From Epithemia pelagica (Eukaryota > Protista > Bacillariophyta), in the NCBI GenBank assembly GCA_946965045.2, contig OX337228.1, positions 310,001 through 374,000 on the forward strand: a stretch of 64,000 nucleotides of DNA, in the 5' to 3' direction. Shown here one piece after another: positions 1-9,964 of this stretch. The stretch's first letter is position 1. Every line of letters begins with the position of its first letter. Position numbers and translations under genes: made by a program. The notes beneath the pieces were generated by a model that was not told the origin of the DNA, made no database searches, and saw only the letters and a list, made by a program, of their open reading frames with translations.

Positions 1-524
1 GCCGCCGATTGCACCAACAGTGGTGCGTCAACCTCAGCCGCTGAACTGGATGAAAATTCGGTCGACGACAAGGACGATTCGGTCGACGATTGCACGATCA
101 GTGGGGGAGCATCGACCGTCGATGACGATACTGACGACAAGGATGATGATTCGGTCGACGATTCAGGGAGGGACGACGATGGTGGCTTGGGAATCCAGGG
201 TTGTGCATCGTAGTGCGGGGAATGACTGGCCGTACTGGAAATGGTGGTACTGTGGGAAATCGACCACAACGTAAAAGTCAGCACGAGCAGCATCGACAAC
301 CATGTCCGGATGAACAAGTGGTGTCTCGTTGCCCCCGCAGAAGTAGACGAACCGGAGGAGGATGGAGAATCCTCTTCCAGTTTCGTGGCATGGCGGTTTT
401 TACTGTTGATGATGGCGAGTGGCTGTCGTTGTCGTTGTCGTCGTCCAGCTAGAATAGTATATTGTGCTTCTTTCTGTCCAGTCTCCGAGTCGACGACAAC
501 GACATCTCCATGCTGATGGGACAT
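1..524 (-). CDS. 5' part of a further copy of the type II membrane glycosyltransferase-like gene (runs off window start)
   Basis: 1-672 is near-identical to 11268-11946. ATG at 524 gives MSHQHGDVVVV..., as in the copy at 11791. Confidence 0.8.
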   Translation of the reverse strand, partial: MSHQHGDVVVVDSETGQKEAQYTILAGRRQRQRQPLAIINSKNRHATKLEEDSPSSSGSSTSAGATRHHLFIRTWLSMLLVLTFTLWSISHSTTISSTASHSPHYDAQPWIPKPPSSSLPESSTESSSLSSVSSSTVDAPPLIVQSSTESSLSSTEFSSSSAAEVDAPLLVQSA

Positions 525-1541
525 TTTCCAAGTTTTTTTTCAGATGAGAGAAAAATGAGGATGAGGATTGAGGATGTTCCAACCGAGTGGAAAGGTAAGA
601 CGGGTAAGTTTTGGGGAATAGGGAAATGAGGGACTTTTAGAGGAACATATAGAAGGACTTTCGGATAAATAGTTTTTTTGGTTGCTTCGAAATCCTCCAG
701 TTGATTGCCGTGTGTCCTTGCCGTTGCTCTCCTACGCCTCATCCATCCATACCAAAGCATCCATTGTCGTCCCTCCCTGCAATCTTCGTTCGTTCCATCG
801 TAATCCATCTCCAATGACGATCATCTCGTCGCGACCTTCCACCCCCAAAGTGGAAGTCTTTCCAAATGTTCTTGTAGGTCGATCAAACTCGCCAACTCAA
901 TGCCGCCCTTTTCACCCATCACGGTACACTTGATTCTGAAGACTCCTTGATGGTCGGAGGAGTGCAAGGACCTTTCGTTGGAGGTGCACACCGGCTTGAG
1001 TGTGCCATTGTGGTGTTATGCAGTGCAAAATGACCGTAGTGGTCTTCCTACGATACGAAAATAGAATCACTATAGAGAAAACAGTGGAGGCCTTGAAAAG
1101 CACGGGCTACTGCTGTAACAATGTCAGTCCGGTGGAGCTCGTAAGTAGTATTGTGCCCACAATTCGTTGCTGGTTGGGTTCATTATATAGTAGTGTACGG
1201 GGATCAAAAGTTTTCCCGAAAGTCTCTCAAAAAGCTATCCTAAAACTCCGAACGTCTCTCAAAAAGCTATCCGAAAGTCTTTCATTTGACTTTTTCAGGC
1301 CTTTATAGCGAAATGAGAGACATTCGGGGAAACTTTCGTTTTTAGGGATAGGGTTAAACTTTGGAATGCAGTTGAAGTGGCACTGACAAGACAACTAGGG
1401 TCATTTTCTTTAAGAAGAGTCAATATGGAAGAGTAATGGAGACATCGACGGTCACTGGATGGTCTGTCCGAATGTCAGTCTAATTTTTGAAAGTTTCTCC
1501 GAACGTCTGTCATGAAAGTCCCTCATTTCACTCCTCTCTAA

Positions 1542-2252
1542 GGGGGTATGTTATCGGGCGCGCGGAGCATGGGCGGAGCATGGATATGGGGGGAGCAATG
1601 CATGCTCCACGATGCATGCTCCGCGCGTCTATATTATCGGTGGGCGGATGCAGAGATGCGGAGCATGCGCGGCGCGCGCGCTCAAAATCCTCGACCGTCA
1701 CGGAAACGCGTATGGGTCGCCTTAAGTATGGAATCGAAAAGGAAGGAGAAGAGCAACTTTGGGAAGACGATGGCAAGCAAAGGGGTGGTTTCCGGACACA
1801 ATAATCATTCCCTTTATAGACTACTTATCATTTAGAGTATCCATTGGATATTTCACCTGTTGTTCTGTTGGCCCTACGAGCTCATGTGGGAAAGACACGT
1901 CAATTTCCATGCTCTACGGAAACACAACCTCCACCATGAGGATGGAAAAGACTCCTAAAGAGCAAGGCAGCAACAGTTGGCCGACTATATGTACTTGTCT
2001 ACAATACTAGTGCCTAGATAGACTCTGTCATCGCTTTTGTCCATGACAAATCCATCATCGGAAGACTTCGACTGTTCGACGCATTGAGTGTGTGGTGTGT
2101 GGGCGCGTGATTTTGCTTCCAACCATGCTCCACCCGCACTCTTCCTCCGCATGTAAATTTTACGGAGGAAAGCTCTATATCCGGGTTGGTTTGGCCTTTC
2201 TCCGCCCATATCATGCTCCGCACATGCTCCGCGCGCCCGATAATATACCCCC
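1542..2252. mobile_element. Non-autonomous PIF/Harbinger-type MITE (Tourist-like), 711 bp
   Basis: ~50-bp TIRs (GGGGGTATGTTATCGGGCGCGCGGAGCATG... / ...CATGCTCCGCGCGCCCGATAATATACCCCC). TAA TSD at 1539-1541 and 2253-2255. Repeated GCGGAGCATG subterminal motifs. Absent from the paralogous site at 12350/12351. Confidence 0.92.
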
Positions 2253-2986
2253 TAAGTTTTGGGCAGCTATATTATTATGGTTTGGGCCCGTCCGTCCTGT
2301 GGACGGACCGACCCTTTAGCTCAACAAAACCAATCTGTGCGCCCAGGGACCGACGGACGATTGAGAAGGAGTCATCGCTCCCAAGACGTTTCCAAGTTGC
2401 TTACGAAGCTTGTTGGGAGAATGATCAAATGACACCCAACAAGCAAACGTTGACGCGTCGGGAGCGTTGGATCTGACGAATGAGGATGTAGTCCCGCACC
2501 TGTCCCTACTCCCTACCGACATTGTGATGGTGACGAACCATGGCCTCGGCTCAACTGCGTCAGTCTCAGAACACCTGTCGTGATAGCTTTTCTGCACTGT
2601 CGTGGGTCGTGGTTCAAAGATAATGACGACTCTTCGGCAGCCAATGCATGTGAAGCGTACTATGACGGACTTTCATACAACTAGCTAGCTAGAGGAGTAG
2701 CTACCAGTTCCGCACCAGAACAGCTTTGTTTGCGTGGACCTATTTCGAGCGTGCCATGTCCACCATTTTGGCGCGCAGAGCGGCCCACAGAAGAAAACAC
2801 TTGCATCCAACAAATAAAGACGCGCATTGCTTGTCCCCCGGATCATCCAAAGAGGAAGCAATAGACCAAACACCAGAAACACCGACCCGAGAGCAGCAAA
2901 TCGTTCCTCGTTGTGCGCAAGACACACAACAGAAAAAAAGACAGACAGTCGTCGTAGGAGGATCCGGAAACGGCAGTACATCCATC

Positions 2987-4133
2987 ATGGGTGGTTCGAC
3001 GAAACGCATGTCCATGGACGAAAAGCGCAAGGCGATTTTGGACATTTACCATAGCAGCCAATCGGTCTATACGGAAAAGGAAATTTTGGCCTTGGCCGCC
3101 AAGGCAGGTGTCAATGCGAGCACGTACGTGACGATTCGAAAGGATGGTGATGTTGCTGAATGCATACAAGTGTGGAACAAAGAAGAATCTGGAGTCTCGT
3201 ACCAACCAGTCATGCTCTCGTTCCACCTCGTTCCACCTCGTACTCATCCTTCTCCTTGTGTCATGTGTGTGTGTGTTATTTGTGGTTGGGACGGTCATTC
3301 CTCCTTTATTGTTGTACGAATGTATGTCTATACACAGCGTCGGTGACATTCACACGGGATTGGTGGACGATGGGTTGGTGGACAAGGAAAAGATTGGAGG
3401 ATCCAATTATTTTTGGTCCTTTCCCTCCAAGGCCGATCGACAGGCCCAATTGGAACATGAACGGGTCCTGGTCGAACTCGAACAGTTGAAAGAGGAATTG
3501 GAACAAGCGGAACAAGCCTTGGCTTCGGCCAAGCGAGGACGCGAAGAAGAAGAAGACGAAGAAGAAGACGAACAACAAGTGGAGGGCGAAACCACGAACC
3601 AGGAGAACCAAGCAGCAGCCCCACAGGATCCACAAGAGGAGACGACAACAACGAATGCCGACACCACCAAGCCAGTCGACAAGAACGACGACGACAAGGA
3701 TGAGATTCCTCGTCGACGATCCCACAAATTGGCCCGATTGTCCAGTTTGACACTGGAACGGACCGCCTTGGAAACCGAATTGGCATCTCTCAAGGAAAAT
3801 GATCCCCAAGCCTTGGCCGATTTGCAACACGAACTGAATCTCGTCATTCAAGGCGCCAATCGATGGACGGACAATATTTACAATTGCCAAACCTACCTCG
3901 TCAAGAAACGAGGCATGAACAAAAAAGATGTGGTACGAACGAACGAAATGAATTAACGAACGACATGTTGTGGACTTGTACCAATACCGTTGATGTCTCA
4001 CATGTGTGCGTTTGTTGTGCCGTGTGTTTGGGTATGATCTTGTTGTTGTTGTTGTTGTTGTTTGTATCCACAGAATCGCATGTTGGGTATTACCGATGCC
4101 TTTGATTACCCCGAAGACAAGATTCCCAAATAG
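2987..4133 (+). CDS. MND1: Meiotic nuclear division protein 1, copy A. Exons 2987-3123, 3338-3932, 4074-4133.
   Basis: The spliced product reads MGGSTKRMSMDEKRKAILDIY...VGDIHTGLVDDGLVDKEKIGGSNYFWSFPS...ENDP...ANRWTDNI...GITDAFDY, which are Mnd1 signature motifs. Both introns are GTAC...CAG and splice in frame. Confidence 0.93.
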
Positions 4134-4565
4134 TAGTAGTAGCGCAAGGGGAAGACATTCTGTTGGAGTATGGATATGGCCGTCTGTTGGATATGGTGGG
4201 AGTATCACAGAGCCGTTGTCACTCCACGAGAGTGCTGCGACGATTCACAGTGAATGGGACCGTCGCACGCCATTGTCTACAACCGGCAATCTTCTTCGAT
4301 CCTACCGTTTTTGATGGACAATCGACAGTCGGTATTTGTGGGGGATGCTTTCTCATCAATACATTCATAATAATGGTCTACACACTGCTGCAATGGTCCC
4401 TACTCTATACTGCTTAGTATATTGCCAGAGATTCTACATGGCACCAGAGTGATATTAGAGGATTGGAACGTGTGCCGTCTCGGACCCAACCAACAGTAGG
4501 AACAACAACACCAAGGAGGAGGAGGAGGCCTCGAATATCGCTCGTACATTGTAGCAGAGAGGCAC

Positions 4566-6413
4566 CTATTGGTTTGAAATTTTGGATGCTTGCTGTTGCA
4601 AGAGTTGAATCATTTCACGGAGTGCTTGCGTCAAGGTCCGTTCGGGTTCCTGGAGAAGGAATGAGAGTGTGTTGTTGTTGTTGTTGGTACTCGTCGTGTT
4701 GGTGCTGTTGCGGAATGTGGAGGGTCTCGGTAGTAACAAGTGTCGTAATTTGGGAGTATCGAGTGCCGTGGTGTGGGGGGCAAACTGTGCCGTACTGGTA
4801 TTGGTATACGTCAGGACGGGGGCCGTCCAATACGGGTGATACAGACGTTGCAAATCGGCATGCACCACGGCTGGTATCTGATAGGCGACCGCTTGACTGA
4901 GAAAGCCCGTCAATCGGGAATGCGAGTTGAGTCCAAAATACTGGGGTGTCGTCTGGGGATCGACGAGGGGCACCAAAACATGACACTGTGTGGCAATGCT
5001 CCGTTGAAAGTCGACAAAATCATCGTGTTGCACGACCGTGACACGATCCGGACCCCACACTGTTTTGGCATAGTCGCGTGGCAAACCGGAGGACATGCGA
5101 GCATGCAACAAGACACGAAAGGTTGGATGTTGTTGCTGCTGTTGCTGTTCTTCCTGAACCAATTGGTTCAAGGCATGTACCAAGGCGGTTTGTTTCTTGC
5201 TTCCACTGGGACACAGCGTAATAGTGGTTTTGTTCTTCTTGTTGTTGTTGCTGCTGCTGTTATTGGTTGTACCGATTCTTGTGGAAGTATCAAATTGCGG
5301 CAAATCGACCGTCTGAAAATGACAGGCAGGTTCGAGAGGCGAGATCCAACAGACTTGTCGGGTGTCGGGTGCGACATGTTGGGGTGAACATCGACCACAA
5401 CTGGTATGCGCGAGACAAAAATGCTGGTTCGGTGCCTGCGACATCCATTGCGCAAAAGATTGGTACCTGGCCGCATCGCAACTAATGCCAATCTTGGCAC
5501 GATAGTTGCGATCGTAGGCCGTATAGCGGACCATGCGTCCAAATTGGGCCAGTGTGCCATCGGCTCGGCGCCGAATCGTTCCGGCCAAAGTGGTATTGAA
5601 ATACCGGGAAAAACTCGTCTTGGACACGGAACTGCCATTGGCATATTGCTGTTTGTGGTGGGAATGGTGTTCGGCCAGGGCAACGTCAAAGACAATTGGC
5701 TGTGTACCCGTACTGCAATTGATACGATGCCACGGCAAGGGATATCGCAATATAGTACTTTCGATCACTTCGTAATGATAATCCACCTTGTTTTCTAACG
5801 CCACACTGCATGGAGGAGCGCCCGGAGTTCCCAGTTCCAACAAGGGTTGCTGTAACAAGGCGGCGCGGTCGGCCGCCGATTGCACCAACAGTGGTGCGTC
5901 AACCTCAGCCGCTGAACTGGATGATGATTCGGTCGACGACAAGGACGATTCGGTCGACGATTGCACGATCAGTTGGGGAGCATCGACCGTCGATGACGAT
6001 AATGACGACAAGGATAAGGATGATGATTTGGTCGACGATTCGGGGAGGGACGATGGCGGCTTGGGAATCCAGGCTTGTGCATCGTACTGCAGCGACTGGC
6101 TGGCCGTTCTGGCAATGGTGGTACTGTAAGAAATTGACCACAACGTGTAAGGCAGCGCGAGCAGCATCCACACCATCAAGGTCCGGGGGAACGAGTAGTG
6201 TCTCGTTGCGCGAGCAACAGCAGCAACCACAGAACCGGAGAAGGAGGGCGAATTATCGTGTTCCAGTGCTGTGTCATGGTTGTTGTTGTTGTGGTTGTTG
6301 TTTCTGGCAAGTGGCTGTCGTGGTTGTTGTTGTCGTCGTTCAGGTCGTAAAGTAGCTTGTGGTGGTAGTGCTTCTTGCTCCAGTCTCCGAGTCGACGACA
6401 ACGACATTTTCAT
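4566..6413 (-). CDS. Type II membrane protein, putative GT-B-fold glycosyltransferase-like (copy GT1)
   Basis: Short N-tail, one hydrophobic helix and an S/T-rich stalk precede a ~400-aa domain. The domain ends in CHVLVPLV...LTGFLSQAVAYQIPAVVH, which resembles the donor-binding segment of GT-B/GT4 enzymes. The function is inferred. Confidence 0.7.
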   Translation of the reverse strand: MKMSLSSTRRLEQEALPPQATLRPERRQQQPRQPLARNNNHNNNNHDTALEHDNSPSFSGSVVAAVARATRHYSFPRTLMVWMLLALPYTLWSISYSTTIARTASQSLQYDAQAWIPKPPSSLPESSTKSSSLSLSSLSSSTVDAPQLIVQSSTESSLSSTESSSSSAAEVDAPLLVQSAADRAALLQQPLLELGTPGAPPCSVALENKVDYHYEVIESTILRYPLPWHRINCSTGTQPIVFDVALAEHHSHHKQQYANGSSVSKTSFSRYFNTTLAGTIRRRADGTLAQFGRMVRYTAYDRNYRAKIGISCDAARYQSFAQWMSQAPNQHFCLAHTSCGRCSPQHVAPDTRQVCWISPLEPACHFQTVDLPQFDTSTRIGTTNNSSSNNNKKNKTTITLCPSGSKKQTALVHALNQLVQEEQQQQQQHPTFRVLLHARMSSGLPRDYAKTVWGPDRVTVVQHDDFVDFQRSIATQCHVLVPLVDPQTTPQYFGLNSHSRLTGFLSQAVAYQIPAVVHADLQRLYHPYWTAPVLTYTNTSTAQFAPHTTALDTPKLRHLLLPRPSTFRNSTNTTSTNNNNNTLSFLLQEPERTLTQALREMIQLLQQQASKISNQ

Positions 6414-7322
6414 CAAAAAGATTCCTCCAACTCACGGTGTAGTACTTCGCAATCGATATTCCGAGTTCCGAGTGTTGGAAGATGAGAAACTGGATCGTCG
6501 TGTGAACGTTCCAATGCTCAGCTACAGAGAATCAAAAGGCTTCCTATGGAAATCACTTCTGAGGCCACTCCTTTACCGTCTGCAAAACAAAAACCGACAA
6601 ATGGCATACCGGTATTTACACATCCAGCGCACCATTGGAATGGTAGTAGATGCGTTGAGCACATTGGTCCTTCACAAATTTGAGAGGAAAGATTCAACGG
6701 ATGATGCGCTGGGGATGTGCGACACGCCGTCAAAACAACGGTTCCCCCCAAGACCCACATAGCGTCTGACTTTACTCTTCAAGAAACTATACTAATATTC
6801 TATACGCGTCTGCCGCTCTTCCGTTCCCCACATTTTCAAGTACTATTCTCGTTCCTTTTCATTCTCCATTGCTCCAAAATAATCCGTGTCGCTACCCGCT
6901 CCCTGGGAGACCCATGGCTCCACATTTCCGAAAGCGCATCTCGTGAAGGAACTACAGAGCATGATAGCATGATACCATGCCCCATGTACAAATACAAGAA
7001 CTAAAATGTATAACCTTTACCATGGAATCACGAACGACCCAACCAAAATTTCATTTTTCTCCATGGGTTGACTCAATAATAGAATGACCAGGGCCTATCA
7101 CGGGATCAGGCGTGGCCACTGACGTGTGACTGTCATTGATTTTGAATGTCACACGCTTGCCACATTGGTTGGGCGGCACGACCGTTCCTTGTGGACGCCC
7201 TTCTTCATTTCCAACACGCTCCTCGTCCGGAGGAGTGGGGTTGTCGGCCATAGTGTTTGTAGGAGCATGTCCCAGGAGTACATTGCGAAACTTACGGAAC
7301 AAGGCTCCCTGCAGTGGTTTAG

Positions 7323-7905
7323 TCTAAAAGTCTGCGAGCATTTGCCCGGGCGGCCACCAGTCCCGTGGCTCCCACTGCTACTGCAGCAACGCCCACTGCA
7401 GCCGCAGCAGCTCCCACTCTTTCATGGATGCAAGGCTTGTGGAATGTCGAGGTGACACCCGAATCCACTACTACTGATAGTACTGCTCGTCTGTCCTTTC
7501 GCATGCCCAATGGATCGCGTGTCGTACGGTCCTTTTCTCCCTCTGATACAGTCCAAATGGTCTATGCCTTTGTCGCGGTACGTACATACTTTGGAGACGT
7601 TTGTGGTGTAAGGCCTGACTGGTTTTTGCGAGTGGATTTGCGTTTCTCATTGGTCCTTTCTTGTCATGTTTTCGTGTTCCGTTCTCTCTCGTTCTTCCAT
7701 TGTGCCTGTCTCCATGATTCGTTTGTTTGGTGTGGTGGTACAGCAATCGCTCCGGGATGGTGACAAGGAAAAGGAGGACGAGTTGGTGACGAAACAATTT
7801 GCCCTCAAGGTGGGATTTCCACCTCGCGATTTGGCGTCGCAAATGGAACAAAGCATTCAAGAGGCCTCCTTGCATGGAGAAGCCGTCACGGTACGATGGA
7901 TGTAA
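7323..7905 (+). pseudogene. 5'-truncated UBX-domain gene fragment (exons ~7323-7577 and 7744-7905)
   Basis: ARLSFRMPNGSRVVRSFSPSDTVQMVYAFVA|QSL...FALKVGFPPRDL...SIQEASLHGEAVTVRWM* contains the UBX R...FP(P)R motif. The GTACGT...CAG intron is phase 0. There is an in-frame TAG at 7320 and no upstream ATG. Confidence 0.75.
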
Positions 7906-8439
7906 CTGTAAATAACCAGCACCACCACAACGAGACAAGAGGATGCATGGTCACCAAAAAGTCCCTTTGGCGCACACACGGTAGTAGTTCCTATAGAGAA
8001 TGGTATATAACAGTGAGTGGTGTGTGTGTGTTGTTTGTGCATAGATCGTTTCTCAATTGTAGATTGCGCATCCTTTCTAGTTCTAGAGAGGTGGATAGGA
8101 GTACTTGTTCCGACTTGAGGCGAGACATACAACTATTACTACAGCTAGGAGTAGCTACCACAGTTCCGCATCAGGAATGATGGCGTTCGACGGACGGGTA
8201 ATTTTCGAGCGTGCCCTGTCCACTTTTTGGGCGCGCGGAGCGGCCCACAGAAGAAAACTTGCATCCAACAGAAAAACAGGCATCAGGATCAGGCATCATT
8301 GCTCCATCCCCGCAATACCAAACACCAGAAACACCAACCCGAGAGCAGCAAATCGTTCCTCGTCGTGCGCAAGACACGCAACAGAGAAAAAGACAGACAG
8401 TCGGCGTAGGAGGATTCAGAAAACGGCAGTACATCCATC

Positions 8440-9529
8440 ATGGGTGGTTCGACGAAACGCATGTCCATGGACGAAAAGCGCAAGGCGATTTTGGACATTT
8501 ACCATAGCAACCAATCGGTCTACACGGAAAAGGAAATTTTGGCCTTGGCCGCCAAGGCAGGTGTCAATGCGAGCACGTACGTGCCGATTCGAAAGGATGG
8601 TTAATGCATGAGTGGAACACGGAATCTCGAGTCTCTTACCAACACTAACCTTTTGTTGTCGACCATGGGTTTGACGTTTTTCCTCCTCCTGACGGTCCTC
8701 CTTTCTTTTGGTACGAACGAATGTCTATACACAGCGTCGGTGACATTCATACGGGATTGGTGGACGATGGGTTGGTGGACAAGGAAAAGATTGGGGGATC
8801 CAATTATTTTTGGTCCTTTCCCTCCAAGGCCGATCGACAGGCCCAATTGGAACATGAACGAGTCTTGGTCGAAATCGAACAGTTGAAACAGGAATTGGAA
8901 CAAGCGGAACAAGCCTTGGCTTCGGCCAAGCGAGGACGCGAAGAAGACGAGGAAGAAGACGAACAACAAGTGGAGGGCGAAGCCACGAACCAGGAGAACC
9001 AAGCAGCAGCCCCACAGGATCCACCAGAGGAGACGACGCCAACGAATAGCGACACCACCAAGCCAATGGACAAGAACGACAACGACAAGAACGACGATAT
9101 TCCTCGTCGACGATCCCACAAATTGGCCCGATTGTCCAGTTTGACGCAGGAACGGACCGCCTTGGAGACCGAATTGGCATCTCTCAAGGAAAATGATCCC
9201 CAAGCCTTGGCCGATTTGCAACACGAACTGAATCTCGTCATTCAAGGCGCCAATCGATGGACGGACAATATTTACAATTGTCAAACCTACCTCGTCAAGA
9301 AACGAGGCATGAACAAAAAAGATGTGGTACGAACGAACGAAATGAATGAACGAACGACATGTTGTGGACTTGTACCAATACCGTTGATGTCTCACATGTG
9401 TGCGTTTGTTGTGCCGTGTGTTTGGGTATGATCTTGTTTTGTTGTTATTGTTGTTGTTTGTATGCACAGAATCGCATGTTGGGTATTACCGATGCCTTTG
9501 ATTACCCCGAAGACAAGATTCCCAAATAG
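8440..9529 (+). CDS. MND1: Meiotic nuclear division protein 1, copy B. Exons 8440-8576, 8735-9326, 9470-9529.
   Basis: Same intron positions and motifs as copy A, with an intact frame. Confidence 0.93.
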
Positions 9530-9964
9530 TAGTAGTAGCGCAAGGGGAAGACATTCTGTTGGAGTATGGATATGGCCGTCTGTTGGATATGGTGGGAGTA
9601 TCACAGAGCCGTTGTCACTCCACGAGAGTGCTGCGACGATTCACAGTGAATGGGACCGTCGCACGCCATTGTCTACAACCGGCAATCTTCTTCGATCCTA
9701 CCGTTTTTGATGGACAATCGACAGTCGGTATTTGTGGGGGATGCTTTCTCATCAATACATTCATAATAATGGTCTACACACTGCTGCAATGGTCCCTATT
9801 CTATACTGCTTAGTATATTGCCAGAGATTCTACATGGCACCAGAGTGATATTAGAGGATTGGAACGTGTGCCGTCTCGGACCCAACCAACAGTAGGAACA
9901 ACAACACCAAGGAGGAGGAGGAGGCCTCGAATATCGCTCGTACATTGTAGCAGAGAGGCACCTA

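Noticed and set aside
673-1448. Possible coding relic and short repeats (GTCTCTCAAAAAGCTATCC x2)
   Set aside because: Stops occur in all frames and I recognise no family. Noted only as the swapped segment.
2726-2986. 87-codon in-frame extension upstream of the MND1-A ATG
   Set aside because: It has no ATG consistent with copy B, where the frame is broken, and Mnd1 homology starts at 2987.
6420-7320. Short ORFs upstream of GT1 (6271-6762, 7051-7302)
   Set aside because: No recognisable motifs, so they cannot be supported as genes or a TE.
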